A stretch of 64,000 nt of DNA from Thermodesulfobacteriota bacterium (lineage in GTDB: Bacteria > Desulfobacterota_D > UBA1144 > Nemesobacterales > Mycalebacteriaceae). The position numbers and the translations under genes are program-made. The stretch is from positions 77,230 through 141,229 of the forward strand of contig CBDAQI010000004.1 of NCBI GenBank assembly GCA_965198945.1, written 5' to 3'. How positions within the stretch are numbered: position 1 is the first letter of the stretch; each line of letters starts with the position of its first letter. Below the pieces are notes generated by a model that searched no databases, was not told the origin of the DNA, and saw nothing but the letters and a program-made list of their open reading frames with translations. Below are positions 11,673 to 25,376 of this stretch, piece after piece.

Positions 11673-11701
11673 AAAATATCACCTGCCCGCCCGCCTGTCA
11701 A
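11673..11701 (-). promoter_or_regulatory. sigma70-type promoter for tRNA-Gly(CCC)
   Basis: Minus strand TTGACA-N17-TATTTT with extended -10 TGn. Confidence 0.6.
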
Positions 11702-11733
11702 TCAGCACCGGTGTGCTTTTTGGTATTTCGCAA

Positions 11734-12873
11734 ATGTCCGGAACAGAAAGAAAATTTGTCTCACGGGTTAAAACAGCAGTCATAAAGATAGGCAGCAGTA
11801 TGCTGGTTTCCGACTCCGGGATTGACGAGAGTGTTTTTGCGGGTGTCGCACGGCAGGTTGCGTTTCTGCGCAAAACGGGAACCAGAGTCATCATAGTTTC
11901 TTCGGGCGCAATTGCCGCAGGGATGAAAAAACTCGGTCTGGACTCAAAACCTGAATCAATGCGCCGCAAACAGGCCGTTGCGGCTTGCGGGCAGAGCGAT
12001 TTGATTCGCAACTACGAGAAGGCTTTTTCGCAAAGCGGTTTGTCCGTGGCTCAGGTGTTGCTCACGCAGGACGGACTTTCCTCAAGGCGCTGTTTTCTCA
12101 ATGCCCGCGGCACTTTGAACGAACTCTTGGAAATGGGAGTCATGCCGGTTGTCAATGAAAATGACACAGTTGCGGTTGAAGAGATAATGTTCGGTGACAA
12201 CGATAATCTTGCGGCGATTGTGGCCACACTTGTTGAGGCGGATTTGCTGCTTATGCTCACCGATACCGAAGGCGTTTATGAGACCAATCCCGAAGAAAAT
12301 TCAAATGCGTGTCTTTTGCCCGTAATAGATAACATAGAAGAGGCGATTGAAAAAAATGGCGGAGACACTTCGGGAGCAACCACAACGGGCGGAATGAAAA
12401 CCAAACTTCAGGCGGCGGCAAAAGTTTGCGCTTTTGGCATCCCGGCGATTATCGCGGACGGCAGAAATTTTGAAAACATCGGGAAAATTTTTGCCGGTGA
12501 GGAAATCGGGACGGTGGTTTTTCCGAGTGTGGAAAAACTCGGCGCGCGAAAACACTGGATTGCCCACACACTCAAACCCAGCGGAGAGATAAAACTTGAC
12601 GGGGGAGCCGCAAAAGCGGTCGGAAATTCCGGCGGCAGCCTTCTGCCTTCGGGAGTGAAAAATGTGAAGGGGCGGTTCGGCAGAGGTGATTCGGTCAGAT
12701 GCGTTGACCCGGACGGAGTGGAAATTGCCCGCGGTCTGGTTTCCTATTCATCTGATGAGATAAAAAGGATAAGCGGTTCAAGAGCCTCGGATATTGAAAA
12801 AATTCTCGGCTACAAATACGGGGACGAAGTCATACATCGTGACAATCTTGTTTTGTCCGCAAATAAAAACTAA
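11734..12873 (+). CDS. proB: Glutamate 5-kinase with PUA domain
   Basis: VIKIGSS, VSSGAIAAG, PVVNENDTV, FGDNDNLAA, TGGMKTKL, C-terminal EVIHRDNLV. Confidence 0.97.
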   Translation: MSGTERKFVSRVKTAVIKIGSSMLVSDSGIDESVFAGVARQVAFLRKTGTRVIIVSSGAIAAGMKKLGLDSKPESMRRKQAVAACGQSDLIRNYEKAFSQSGLSVAQVLLTQDGLSSRRCFLNARGTLNELLEMGVMPVVNENDTVAVEEIMFGDNDNLAAIVATLVEADLLLMLTDTEGVYETNPEENSNACLLPVIDNIEEAIEKNGGDTSGATTTGGMKTKLQAAAKVCAFGIPAIIADGRNFENIGKIFAGEEIGTVVFPSVEKLGARKHWIAHTLKPSGEIKLDGGAAKAVGNSGGSLLPSGVKNVKGRFGRGDSVRCVDPDGVEIARGLVSYSSDEIKRISGSRASDIEKILGYKYGDEVIHRDNLVLSANKN

Positions 12874-14108
12874 AGTGTTCCCCTGACAGTTTGAATGCGG
12901 CGGGAAAAAGCCGCTTTAATAGGGTCAAAACTGTCTTCGGTATTTTCACTGTTCCGGGAATAGTCAGAGGTGAATTTGTCTTTGCGCTCAACCTGCATAA
13001 TGCTTTTGTCATTTCTGAATGCGACGAACTGAGCCCCGTCGGTTTCCTCGGAAATTCTCTGAAGAATTTTCGGGTAATTTTTTGAGCCGATAAAAATTGA
13101 ATGTATGCGAATTCCAAGCCGCTGCGTTCTTTTGACGGTTTCACGCAGGGGTCGCGGTTTCGTCCAGTCTTGCTGAGTGCGGTGCGGCGCCCCGTAATTA
13201 AGGTATTCCACGAGCTGCTTTTTCTCGCTGCGCGGACGGGGCTGCTGGACGGGTTGTTCATCGTCTTCAAAGGATATGTCGCCGGAGGTCGGAATGCCGT
13301 CGGTTATGAAAAGAATATGTTTGTTTCTGCGCCCGCGACCTTTGAACTCAACCACGGCATTTTTCAAGGCTTCCTCATAGTTTGTGTTTCCCGAGCAGTC
13401 TGTTGACTCAGCCATATTCATGAGCCACGGGTACTCTCTTGTGAAAAAATTGTTTCTGCCCGCATGCCTTTTGTAGGGGTCTGCGTTGTGGTTGAACTCA
13501 AGGTAGCCAACCCTCATGTTTTTTGTTCTGGCAAGTTCCACCACTCCGCGCACAACCGATGACGCCCATTCGCTGTATGTTCCCATCATTGAGGTGCTCA
13601 CATCCCGTAAAATGGCGATTTCCCCTCCGGTTGATTCTTTCTCCCTCATCTGCACACGGGGCAGACTCGGCGAGGATGTGTCAGACCAGAGGAAAAATTC
13701 CGCCGGATCAGTGTCTTCAAGCTCAAAAGAGTTCGTCTTTCTCCATTTTCTCGGCATTCCGCCGGGATGGGTGGTTTTTGTCGCCATGCTTCTCTGGAAA
13801 CTGCCCTCCAGCGCTCTCATTATCGTTTTGATGTTTTTTGCCGTCTCGTAGTTTCTGTATGAGGCCGCTACGGCTTCATCCACATCACCGGCGCGGGTTG
13901 ATTTGCTTGATGTGGTTTTCTCCGAAAGCTTTTTATGCTCGTCTTCTTCAGGCCCCTGGTCGGGCTGTCCCCTGGGATCTGAAGGGATGTCCATCCCTTC
14001 GGGCGGGCTCATTTTCTGTTCCTGAAGGTCTTCTAAAACCTGAAAAAAGGTTTCACGGGCGGCGTCATGCTCTTCTTCGGCTTCCTTGTCGGAGTCTTCA
14101 TCGGGCAT
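12870..14108 (-). CDS. vWA-domain protein with acidic/Pro-rich N-terminal linker (frame stays open upstream to ~14212)
   Basis: MIDAS DVSTS...GNTNY...ITDG; partner of the adjacent AAA+ gene; possibly a frameshift fusion. Confidence 0.85.
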   Translation of the reverse strand: MPDEDSDKEAEEEHDAARETFFQVLEDLQEQKMSPPEGMDIPSDPRGQPDQGPEEDEHKKLSEKTTSSKSTRAGDVDEAVAASYRNYETAKNIKTIMRALEGSFQRSMATKTTHPGGMPRKWRKTNSFELEDTDPAEFFLWSDTSSPSLPRVQMREKESTGGEIAILRDVSTSMMGTYSEWASSVVRGVVELARTKNMRVGYLEFNHNADPYKRHAGRNNFFTREYPWLMNMAESTDCSGNTNYEEALKNAVVEFKGRGRRNKHILFITDGIPTSGDISFEDDEQPVQQPRPRSEKKQLVEYLNYGAPHRTQQDWTKPRPLRETVKRTQRLGIRIHSIFIGSKNYPKILQRISEETDGAQFVAFRNDKSIMQVERKDKFTSDYSRNSENTEDSFDPIKAAFSRRIQTVRGTL

Positions 14109-14191
14109 TTCTTCTTTTTGCTTTTCGTTCTCGGGCAGGTCTTTGTCAAATTCTGAAAGAGGCTCCGGCTCCTGTTCATTCTGCGGACGTT

Positions 14192-15157
14192 TCAGCTCGT
14201 CCGGGGTTTTTTTTTAGCAATGATTTGCTCAAGGATTGCGTCCATCTGCGCATAGACTTCGGGCGGAATGCGAAAAACGGTTATGTATTTGAGCACTTCA
14301 AGGTCTTTCATCACGCATGATTTTCTTCCTTCAAGAACCGCATGAGCCCTGATTATTTTCAGCGCTTTTACAAGAAATGTCCTGTCGGAAATAAGCGAGT
14401 TGGTCTCGTTAAGACCGAATTCTTCAACAAGAATGCGTATGAACTCTTTCAGCCCCTGCTGAACCTGTTTGGGGATTGGAGTGGTTTTTACCTGTTCGTG
14501 AAGTTTGTCAAGCAGAGTTCTGTCCAGCAGCTTGGGAACTTTGATTTTCTCATCCCTTCCAGAGTATAGAGAAATAATTTTTTCCGCGGTTTCCCAGTCG
14601 CGTTTGTAGGAAGTTCCGACCGATTTTATTTGAATCACAAACCTGTCAAGATTGGCCGGGTCAAGGGGCTCGTTGTAGTATTCGTCCGCAGTCGGGTTGC
14701 TTGTGGCAATCGCCGTCATCAGGGGAAGGGAGTCTTGAAAGAATTTTCTTTCATTAAGTATTCGCAGAAGCACGTTCAGCGATTCTCCGGGAGCACGCGA
14801 TATGTCATCAAGCAGGCAGATTTCTGCGGTGAGTATCCCGCCCTTTACTATTTTCTGCCGTATTATTTCCTCGTCTTCATTCGCTTCTTTTGATATTACC
14901 ATGTCTCCCACGAGCTCTGAAAGACGCGTGTCTCTGTGGAGCTGGTAGAAGAAAAATTTGAGATGGGCGCAAGACGCTATAATCTCTGAAAGCATGGTTT
15001 TTGCGGTGCCGGGGGGACCCTCAATATAGATATGTTCCCTTGATAAAATGCCGAGCAATAACGCGGTTTTTACTTCCCTGTGTCCTATGATGTGCTTGTC
15101 AAGCTCTTTCTGGAGCTTCTTAAAAACTTCCCTGCTCATTTCAAAATTTTTCTCCAA
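14192..15157 (-). CDS. MoxR/RavA-type AAA+ ATPase
   Basis: Walker A GPPGTAKT, Walker B-like CLLDDI, LNVLLRILNERKF, ATSN, LDRF. Confidence 0.9.
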   Translation of the reverse strand: MEKNFEMSREVFKKLQKELDKHIIGHREVKTALLLGILSREHIYIEGPPGTAKTMLSEIIASCAHLKFFFYQLHRDTRLSELVGDMVISKEANEDEEIIRQKIVKGGILTAEICLLDDISRAPGESLNVLLRILNERKFFQDSLPLMTAIATSNPTADEYYNEPLDPANLDRFVIQIKSVGTSYKRDWETAEKIISLYSGRDEKIKVPKLLDRTLLDKLHEQVKTTPIPKQVQQGLKEFIRILVEEFGLNETNSLISDRTFLVKALKIIRAHAVLEGRKSCVMKDLEVLKYITVFRIPPEVYAQMDAILEQIIAKKKPRTS

Positions 15158-15270
15158 ACAGTTTTATTTGATAAACTTTATACGCCAGTATTTTTTTCCG
15201 CAAGCCGCGTTTATCTTGTCCTTGCTTTATCTTCTTTAGTTTGGTAGACTGAAGTATAAATTTTAATCAG

Positions 15271-15753
15271 ATGAAGTCTACCACTGTAAAAATCAGCATA
15301 AGCCAGGACGGCCTTCTTCCGCAGCAAAGCATTGAACTTGGGCGGACGCTTTTGCAGAGTTTCCCCAAAAAACTCATGAACGCTCTTGATTTTGAGAAAG
15401 TTGACGGTGACAGAAAGAATACGACTTTTATAGGAATAGTTCCTGTGTTTGTGGTGATTGGTGAAAAAACTCAGGAAATTGAAATAGAGCTGACGGTTGC
15501 CCATCCGGAATTGCGTGACAAGGTTGTTGATATTTTCACTTCAAAACAACCCATAATTGCGTCCGCAGAAAAAAAACAGCCTGTGTCCGGTGAATCCTCA
15601 GTCCCAAAAAAGGCCGCCAATTCAAAAACATCCGGAAATGACATAAAGAAAACTCCGGCTCCCGCTTCAAAGGCCAAACCCGTATCCAAGCTCCGGAAAA
15701 TCTCCTCCGCTGAGACAAAGAAAAAAGTTTCAAAAGGCGCAAAGAAGCGGTAA
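15271..15753 (+). CDS. Hypothetical protein with Lys/Ala/Pro-rich C-terminal tail
   Basis: 160-aa ORF co-oriented with and directly upstream of guaB. Confidence 0.65.
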   Translation: MKSTTVKISISQDGLLPQQSIELGRTLLQSFPKKLMNALDFEKVDGDRKNTTFIGIVPVFVVIGEKTQEIEIELTVAHPELRDKVVDIFTSKQPIIASAEKKQPVSGESSVPKKAANSKTSGNDIKKTPAPASKAKPVSKLRKISSAETKKKVSKGAKKR

Positions 15754-15784
15754 CCGAACATTTCCCGGTATCGGGTGATTTTAT

Positions 15785-17260
15785 ATGGTGGATAATGAGT
15801 TTGAAAAAGCCCTTACATTTGATGACATACTCCTTGTTCCGTCTTTTTCAGAAGTTCTCCCTGCGGAGGTTGATGTTTCAACCTCTCTTACAAAATCAAT
15901 CAAACTGAAAATTCCCCTCATCAGCGCCGCGATGGACACTGTTACCGAGTCAAAAACCGCAATAGCTATGGCTCAGGAAGGCGGGATTGGCGTAATCCAC
16001 AGAAACCTTGATACGGACTCCCAAGTTGCCGAGGTTGAGAAAGTAAAAAAGTATGAAAGCGGAATGATAGTAAACCCTCTTACGGTGCGTCCGTCACACA
16101 CGGCTGAGGAAGCTCTTGAGATAATGACCTCAAACGGCATAACCGGTCTTCCCGTAACTGAGGAGGGCGGAGTTCTTGTCGGTATGATAACCAACCGCGA
16201 TTTAAGGTTTGAAAAACGGCTGTCCCGTCTGGTCAAAGAAATAATGACTCCCAAAGAAAGGCTTGTGACAGTCAGAGAGGGAAAGGTTACAACTGAAAAA
16301 GCCACTGATCTTCTTCATAAGTTCCGCATAGAAAAACTTCCCGTTGTGAACTCAAAGTTTCGTCTCAAGGGGATGATAACAATGAAGGACATAGAGAAGA
16401 TAAGGAAATTTCCGGGCGCGTCAAAAGACGGTCTTGGAAGACTCAGGTGCGCGGCGGCGGTGGGAGTCGGAGACGACAGAGACGAAAGAGTTGATAAGCT
16501 CAGGGCGGCCGGATGTGATATTATCTTCATAGACACGGCGCATGCGCACTCAAAGAGGGTTATTGAAAGCGTCCGTGAGATTAAGTCAAATTTTTCCGGC
16601 CTTGAAGTTGTTGCCGGGAACATAGCAACCGCCGAGGCCGCCAAATCTCTCATAACAGCGGGAGCGGACGCGCTGAAGGTGGGTGTGGGCCCCGGTTCAA
16701 TTTGTACGACAAGAGTTGTCGCCGGAGTCGGAATGCCCCAGATAACAGCCGTTTCAAAAGTGTATTCAGTTGCGCGGAGGCGCGGAATTCCCGTAATAGC
16801 GGACGGCGGTGTCAAATTCTCAGGAGATGTGGTCAAAGCGATTGCTTTTGGAGCATCGTCAGTGATGATGGGCAATATGTTTGCGGGCACTGATGAAGCT
16901 CCCGGAGAGGTTGTTTTATTTCAGGGTAGAACCTACAAGGTTTACAGGGGCATGGGCTCAATAGAGGCGATGCGCAAAGGGGAAAGCCGCGACAGATACG
17001 CCCAGGAAGAAGTTATGGAAGCGGGCAAACTTGTTCCCGAAGGCATAGAGGGCAGGGTGCCATACAGAGGCAGTCTCGGCGGTATTGTTTATCAGATAGT
17101 CGGGGGGCTCAGGGCCGGCATGGGCTATGTGGGCTGCGGCACAATAAAAGAGCTCAACGGATATTCAAAATTTGTTCAAATAACAAATGCGGGTCACAGA
17201 GAGGGGCATGTTCACGATGTAATCATTACCCGCGAGGCCCCGAACTACAGAATAGAGTAG
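15785..17260 (+). CDS. guaB: IMP dehydrogenase
   Basis: [23 protein letters not shown] pair, [15 protein letters not shown]. Confidence 0.98.
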   Translation: MVDNEFEKALTFDDILLVPSFSEVLPAEVDVSTSLTKSIKLKIPLISAAMDTVTESKTAIAMAQEGGIGVIHRNLDTDSQVAEVEKVKKYESGMIVNPLTVRPSHTAEEALEIMTSNGITGLPVTEEGGVLVGMITNRDLRFEKRLSRLVKEIMTPKERLVTVREGKVTTEKATDLLHKFRIEKLPVVNSKFRLKGMITMKDIEKIRKFPGASKDGLGRLRCAAAVGVGDDRDERVDKLRAAGCDIIFIDTAHAHSKRVIESVREIKSNFSGLEVVAGNIATAEAAKSLITAGADALKVGVGPGSICTTRVVAGVGMPQITAVSKVYSVARRRGIPVIADGGVKFSGDVVKAIAFGASSVMMGNMFAGTDEAPGEVVLFQGRTYKVYRGMGSIEAMRKGESRDRYAQEEVMEAGKLVPEGIEGRVPYRGSLGGIVYQIVGGLRAGMGYVGCGTIKELNGYSKFVQITNAGHREGHVHDVIITREAPNYRIE

Positions 17261-17271
17261 CGGAAAACCGA

Positions 17272-18804
17272 ATGAAGCAGACCGTTCTTGTAATTGATTT
17301 CGGTTCCCAATACACCCAGATTATAGCGCGCCGCATCCGTGAACAGGGTGTTTTTTCTGAAATCAGACCGCACACAATCACGGCGGATGAAGTCCGTGAA
17401 ATATCACCGAGCGCAATAGTTCTTTCCGGAGGACCCTCAAGCGTGTGGGACGACGGCGCCCCCGTTCTTGACGCCGCCATCCTTGAAACAGACACGCCGC
17501 TTCTGGGGATATGTTACGGCATGCAGCTTCTTGTTCATATCCTCGGAGGGGAGATTGAGCGGTCCTGCAAAAGGGAGTTCGGCCCTGCGAACATTGAAAT
17601 ATCCCTCAGAGACGGTTTGTTTTCCGGGTTTCCCCCTTCGGCCGATGTCTGGATGTCTCACGGTGACAAAGTTTCGCGCCTGCCCGCCGGTTTTATTGTC
17701 ACGGCACAAACTTCCAATGCCCCGATTGCCGCGATAAAACACGGCGGAAAAAACATATTCGGCACTCAGTTTCACCCCGAAGTGGCTCATACTCCCGAGG
17801 GGGGTCGGATGATCTCCAATTTTCTTTTCAAAATTGCCGGATGTAAAAAATCCTGGACACCCGAAGCATTTATTGAGAACACCGTCCGCAATATCCGGGA
17901 GCGTGTCGGGGGATCGCGCGTTATATGCGCTCTGTCGGGCGGGGTTGATTCGTCCGTAACGGCCGCCATTTTACGCGAAGCGGTGGGCGGCGCACTGTTC
18001 TGCATTTTTGTTGACACCGGTCTTTTGCGTTTGGGAGAGGGGGACGAGGTTGTCAATATGTTTGCGGGTTCCGGCATTGAGGTTAAGCGCGTCAAAGAAG
18101 AAAAGCGTTTTCTTGAAAAACTGAGGGGGGTTTCAGACCCGGAGAAAAAGAGGAAGATAATCGGCAATGAGTTTATAGAGGTTTTTGAGCGCGAGGCGGG
18201 GAAGGTCAAAAATGCGGATTTTCTCGCTCAGGGCACTCTCTACCCCGATGTGATAGAAAGTGCGAGCGTTCCGGGTTCCGCCGCTACTATAAAAACCCAT
18301 CACAATGTGGGCGGGTTGCCCGAGAGGATGGACTTGAAGCTTGTTGAGCCGCTGCGCGAACTTTTCAAGGATGAAGTGAGAAATATCGGCAGACACCTTG
18401 GTCTTCCCTCTGCAATTCTTGACCGTCATCCGTTTCCGGGGCCGGGGCTTGCAATAAGAATACTCGGAGAGGTTACGCCCGAAGCGCTTGATATTCTCAG
18501 ACGCGCAGACGCCATATACATTGATGAAATAAGAAAGGCCGGTATATATGATGAAATCTGGCAGGCGTTTGCCGTTTTCCTTCCCGTGCGCACGGTTGGT
18601 GTTATGGGAGATAAGAGAACATATGACAATGTTATTGCGCTCAGGGCGGTAACAAGCACTGACGGCATGACGGCGGACTGGGCGAAAATACCGCCCGAAG
18701 TTCTTGAAAGAACTTCAACGCGCATCATCAATGAGATTGAAGGAGTGGGGCGGGTGGTCTATGACATCTCCACAAAACCGCCGGGGACTATTGAGTGGGA
18801 ATAA
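17272..18804 (+). CDS. guaA: GMP synthase (glutamine-hydrolysing)
   Basis: [45 protein letters not shown]. Confidence 0.98.
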   Translation: MKQTVLVIDFGSQYTQIIARRIREQGVFSEIRPHTITADEVREISPSAIVLSGGPSSVWDDGAPVLDAAILETDTPLLGICYGMQLLVHILGGEIERSCKREFGPANIEISLRDGLFSGFPPSADVWMSHGDKVSRLPAGFIVTAQTSNAPIAAIKHGGKNIFGTQFHPEVAHTPEGGRMISNFLFKIAGCKKSWTPEAFIENTVRNIRERVGGSRVICALSGGVDSSVTAAILREAVGGALFCIFVDTGLLRLGEGDEVVNMFAGSGIEVKRVKEEKRFLEKLRGVSDPEKKRKIIGNEFIEVFEREAGKVKNADFLAQGTLYPDVIESASVPGSAATIKTHHNVGGLPERMDLKLVEPLRELFKDEVRNIGRHLGLPSAILDRHPFPGPGLAIRILGEVTPEALDILRRADAIYIDEIRKAGIYDEIWQAFAVFLPVRTVGVMGDKRTYDNVIALRAVTSTDGMTADWAKIPPEVLERTSTRIINEIEGVGRVVYDISTKPPGTIEWE

Positions 18805-18815
18805 GGTTGCAGTTT

Positions 18816-19028
18816 CTATTTTTCTTTCTTCAAAAGCACAAACTCTCCATATGAGCAGACAAGCTCCCAACCGCCTTCTCCGAGTTTGTTAAGCTCTTTT
18901 TCCATTTTGTTTCGGGATTCTTCCGCTCTCGCTTTCCCCTCTTCAAACGAAACATCTATGTCATGGTTTGAGGAATCCTTAACAAGGCTTCTCAAAGGCA
19001 CAATTTTGTATTCCCATTTTTGCATCAT
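18816..19028 (-). CDS. DUF4177-like small protein
   Basis: KWEYKIV...LNKLGEGGWELV pattern. Confidence 0.8.
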   Translation of the reverse strand: MMQKWEYKIVPLRSLVKDSSNHDIDVSFEEGKARAEESRNKMEKELNKLGEGGWELVCSYGEFVLLKKEK

Positions 19029-19030
19029 GT

Positions 19031-19204
19031 TTATTCTTGATTTTTATCCTCTTCCTCTTCTTCGCCGGATGTAACAAATTCGGCATTATCGCTTGAGTCA
19101 TTAATCTCTTTGATATGTTCTTCAAAGTCACTCTCTGAGATAACACCCCCGGCAATATTTCTTTCCACCACACGCACATCAAAAACTGAGTTTTTGTCAG
19201 ACAT
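19031..19204 (-). CDS. Small acidic hypothetical protein
   Basis: MSDKNSVFDVRVVERNIAGGVISESDFEEHIKEIND; GAGGGAG RBS-like sequence before the ATG at 19204. Confidence 0.7.
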   Translation of the reverse strand: MSDKNSVFDVRVVERNIAGGVISESDFEEHIKEINDSSDNAEFVTSGEEEEEDKNQE

Positions 19205-19295
19205 TTTTAGCTCCCTCATTAAAAAATCGGCGCTTTGACAAACCCCGCAGGCTCTCAACCGTAAAGCGCCTTATAATGTTAAAATCTATACGGTT

Positions 19296-20099
19296 TTGTC
19301 TGAACATAAAAACAGCGGGCACAGTTTCATCGCGGTTGACATTGGCAACACGGCCATCTGCGCGGCCGTGTTTCACAAATGCGATCTGCATGTCAGGCAT
19401 TGGGAAGTCGGCGGATATGTTGAGGTTGCGCTGTCGGACTCTCACACGTTTGCCGATGCCCTTTCTCGCATTTCCGGGGGCTCCCTCACCGGGGCTATTA
19501 TCGGTTCCGTCGTGGAGAACCGTTTTACGCAAACCGCAGCCGTGGCGGTTGAATCCGTTTTCGGACTCACTCCTCTTATTGCCGAATGCGGAATGAAAAC
19601 GGGTCTTGAAATTGCTTATCAAAACCCCGGCGGCCTTGGAATTGACAGACTTGCAAACGCCGCTTCACTGTTTGCTCTGACCCGTGGGGCGTGCATTGCC
19701 GTTGACCTCGGAACCGCCACCACTTTTGACTGCGTATCGGGCGACGGAGTTTATACCGGAGGCGCAATAGCGGCGGGGCTTGATTCCTTCCGTAAAGCGC
19801 TTGTCATTGACGCGCCCGCTCTTCCCCAAATACCGCTTGAGTTTCCTTCCTCCGTTATGGGCTCAAATACTGAAGACTGCATAAAATCGGGAACGATGTT
19901 CGGCTACGCACGGATGGTTGATGCAATGGTGCGGGCTTTGTCATCAGCCATGAATGCTGATCCGCGCGTTGTTGCCACGGGCGGTTTCTCAAAGATTCTT
20001 TTGGACGAATGCGAGACATTTTCCGAGACCGACCGCTTGCTTACTCTTAAAGGGCTTGTGATAATTCTTCTCAAAAATGGAAAAATTTCTTCTGTATGA
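19296..20099 (+). CDS. coaX: Type III pantothenate kinase
   Basis: AVDIGNT, LGIDRLAN, VDLGTATTFD, GGAI, VVATGG, LTLKGL. Confidence 0.95.
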   Translation: MSEHKNSGHSFIAVDIGNTAICAAVFHKCDLHVRHWEVGGYVEVALSDSHTFADALSRISGGSLTGAIIGSVVENRFTQTAAVAVESVFGLTPLIAECGMKTGLEIAYQNPGGLGIDRLANAASLFALTRGACIAVDLGTATTFDCVSGDGVYTGGAIAAGLDSFRKALVIDAPALPQIPLEFPSSVMGSNTEDCIKSGTMFGYARMVDAMVRALSSAMNADPRVVATGGFSKILLDECETFSETDRLLTLKGLVIILLKNGKISSV

Positions 20100-20445
20100 A
20101 AAAAAGACGGAAAAGCCGCATTTTTTTCTCATTATAGGGAAAAGGGCTTGGATTGTGCCTTTTCCGGTCCCTTTTGAAGCGGGAAAAAGGCGGCTCGCCA
20201 TTGAGGCTGTACCCGATGCGGGGGGAGAACCCCAGCCCGCTTCCGGTTTGGATTTTGTTGAGAGCGGGCGTGTTGTCATAAATAATGAAAGGGAAGGAAA
20301 ATTTGGTTTTACTGTTGTTTCAAACACCGGCTCGGTTATTACAGGTAACTTTGTTTTTATTCTGCCCTCATGGGGAAGGAATACAAAGAGGAGGCTGTGG
20401 CTGCTGGTGAAATCAAAAAAACAACAAGGAGAAAGGCAATGTTAA
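20077..20445 (+). CDS. Hypothetical protein
   Basis: Fills the gap between coaX and the Dabb gene, overlapping both. Confidence 0.55.
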   Translation: MEKFLLYEKKTEKPHFFLIIGKRAWIVPFPVPFEAGKRRLAIEAVPDAGGEPQPASGLDFVESGRVVINNEREGKFGFTVVSNTGSVITGNFVFILPSWGRNTKRRLWLLVKSKKQQGERQC

Positions 20446-20723
20446 AACACATTGTTATGTGGAGACTGAGACAACAGGAGAAGAATGCTCCGGCGCTTAA
20501 GGAAATGCTTGAGGGGCTTGCGGACAAGATACCCCAAATTGTGAAGATTGAAGCGGGAGTGAATTTCAATCCTTCGGAAGCGGCCTCCGACGTTGTTTTG
20601 TATTCAGAGTTTGAAAATGCCGAAGCGCTTGCCGTCTACCAGAAACATCCCGACCATGTAAAAGTTGCCGAGTTTCTTAAAAATCTTGCGACCGACAGAC
20701 GTGTTGTTGATTATGAAATCTGA
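20439..20723 (+). CDS. Dabb family stress-responsive A/B barrel protein
   Basis: MLKHIVMWRL...DVVLYSEF...YQKHPDHVKV...VVDYE. Confidence 0.9.
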   Translation: MLKHIVMWRLRQQEKNAPALKEMLEGLADKIPQIVKIEAGVNFNPSEAASDVVLYSEFENAEALAVYQKHPDHVKVAEFLKNLATDRRVVDYEI

Positions 20724-22416
20724 CCTCCGGCAGGCTTTTCTTCAAATATGTTTTTTCTTTGCCGTTATCTGCGCGGCGGTTTGTTCCATTGCGGAAGAAA
20801 ACCGCCCGGGCGCCGCAATGATCAGCGCCGCCAACCCTTACGCTGTTCGCGCGGGCGCTGAAATTCTTCGCGCAGGCGGCTCCGCGGTTGATGCGGCGAT
20901 AGCCGCGCAGATGGTTCTAACTCTCGTTGAGCCCCAGTCTTCAGGCATCGGGGGCGGAGGTTTTATGCTTCACTGGGACAATGCCTCAAAAAAACTTACA
21001 ACTTTTGACGGCAGAGAGACCGCTCCCTTATCCGCTTCGGGCGGGCTTTTCCTTCACAGCGGCAAGCCCATTGAATGGAATGAAGCCGCTTCCGGAGCTC
21101 TTTCCGTCGGAACTCCGGGCCTGCTCGCCATGCTTGAAAAAGCGCACGAAAAATATGGCAGGCTTAGGTGGAAAACTCTTTTTGAGCCCGCAATGAAACT
21201 TGCGCAAAACGGGTTTACGGTCTCTCCGCGTCTTGCGGAGATGGTTGAAGAAAACCGCGAAAAGGTTCTTTTCAAATATCCCGAAACACGAGCTTACTTC
21301 TTTTCTGAATCGGGGAAAGCCGTTAAAGCCGGTTCAGTTTTGAAAAATCACGATTTGGCTGAAACTTTCGCTCTTGTGGCGGAAAAAGGAGGTCGCTTTT
21401 TCTATTACGGGTCTCCCGCACATGATATTGTCCGCAGGGTTCAGGGCGCGGGCGGGCTTCTTTCAATTTCCGATTTCCGCCGCTATGAAGCCGTGGAGCG
21501 TGAACCCGTTTGCGGCGGGTACCGCTCATACATCGTCTGTTCCATGGGGCCTCCGACTTCAGGCGGCCTGACAGTCATGCAAATCCTTAAAATGCTTGAG
21601 CCTTTTGATATGGCGTCTTTGCAACCGATGTCGGTCCGGGCCGCGCACCTTTTTACCCAAGCCGCACGTCTTGCATATTCGGACAGAGACGTTCACATGG
21701 CAGATCCTGATTTTCATGCCGTTCCCGTGGCAAAACTGACCGATACCGGCTATCTGAAAGAGCGTTCGCGTCTCATAGATAAGGGGGCTGAAATGGGCGA
21801 AGCGTCTTCGGGGATAGACGGATGCGCCGCCCGGAACGGTGACACAGCTCTTGAGCTTCCCTCAACAACTCATTTGTCCGTTGTTGACGAATGGGGCGGC
21901 GCAGTTTCAATGACTTCAAGCATAGAGAGCGCTTTCGGTTCGGGGTTGATGGCGGGCGGGTTTGCGCTGAACAATCAGCTGACGGATTTTTCTTTTTCAG
22001 AGTTTGGCAAAAACGGCTGCCGGATAGCCAACCGGGTTGAGCCCGGGAAAAGACCCAGGAGTTCAATGTCTCCCGTGATTGTTTTTGATGAACTTTGGCG
22101 GCCGCGCCTTATAATCGGTTCTCCGGGAGGAAGCAGGATAATAAACTATGTGGCGCGCACGATTGTAGCCGTTATTGACTGGGGTCTTGATGTTCAAACG
22201 GCGGTAAGCCTTCCGAACTATTCAAACCGCAACGGGAAAACTGAATTGGAAATTGGCACCGAATCTGAAAATCTCGCCCCCGCGCTTGAAAAACTTGGAC
22301 ACCAAATCAAAGTCACCGAACTTGTGAGCGGACTTCACGGCATTGAGTTCACGGAAAACGGGGTCCGCGGGGGCGCAGACCCGAGAAGAGAGGGTATGTT
22401 TTTGAAGGCGGATTAG
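20713..22416 (+). CDS. ggt: Gamma-glutamyltransferase (signal peptide)
   Basis: GGSAVDAAIA, EPQSSGIGGG, DGRETAP, STTHLSVVD, LNNQLTDFS, GKRPRSSMSP, GADPRREG. Confidence 0.96.
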   Translation: MKSDLRQAFLQICFFFAVICAAVCSIAEENRPGAAMISAANPYAVRAGAEILRAGGSAVDAAIAAQMVLTLVEPQSSGIGGGGFMLHWDNASKKLTTFDGRETAPLSASGGLFLHSGKPIEWNEAASGALSVGTPGLLAMLEKAHEKYGRLRWKTLFEPAMKLAQNGFTVSPRLAEMVEENREKVLFKYPETRAYFFSESGKAVKAGSVLKNHDLAETFALVAEKGGRFFYYGSPAHDIVRRVQGAGGLLSISDFRRYEAVEREPVCGGYRSYIVCSMGPPTSGGLTVMQILKMLEPFDMASLQPMSVRAAHLFTQAARLAYSDRDVHMADPDFHAVPVAKLTDTGYLKERSRLIDKGAEMGEASSGIDGCAARNGDTALELPSTTHLSVVDEWGGAVSMTSSIESAFGSGLMAGGFALNNQLTDFSFSEFGKNGCRIANRVEPGKRPRSSMSPVIVFDELWRPRLIIGSPGGSRIINYVARTIVAVIDWGLDVQTAVSLPNYSNRNGKTELEIGTESENLAPALEKLGHQIKVTELVSGLHGIEFTENGVRGGADPRREGMFLKAD

Positions 22417-22420
22417 AGTT

Positions 22421-25338
<2,918 letters not shown>

Positions 25339-25376
25339 TTTTGGCGTTTGAAATCGTGAATTAAGGAGAAACGATA

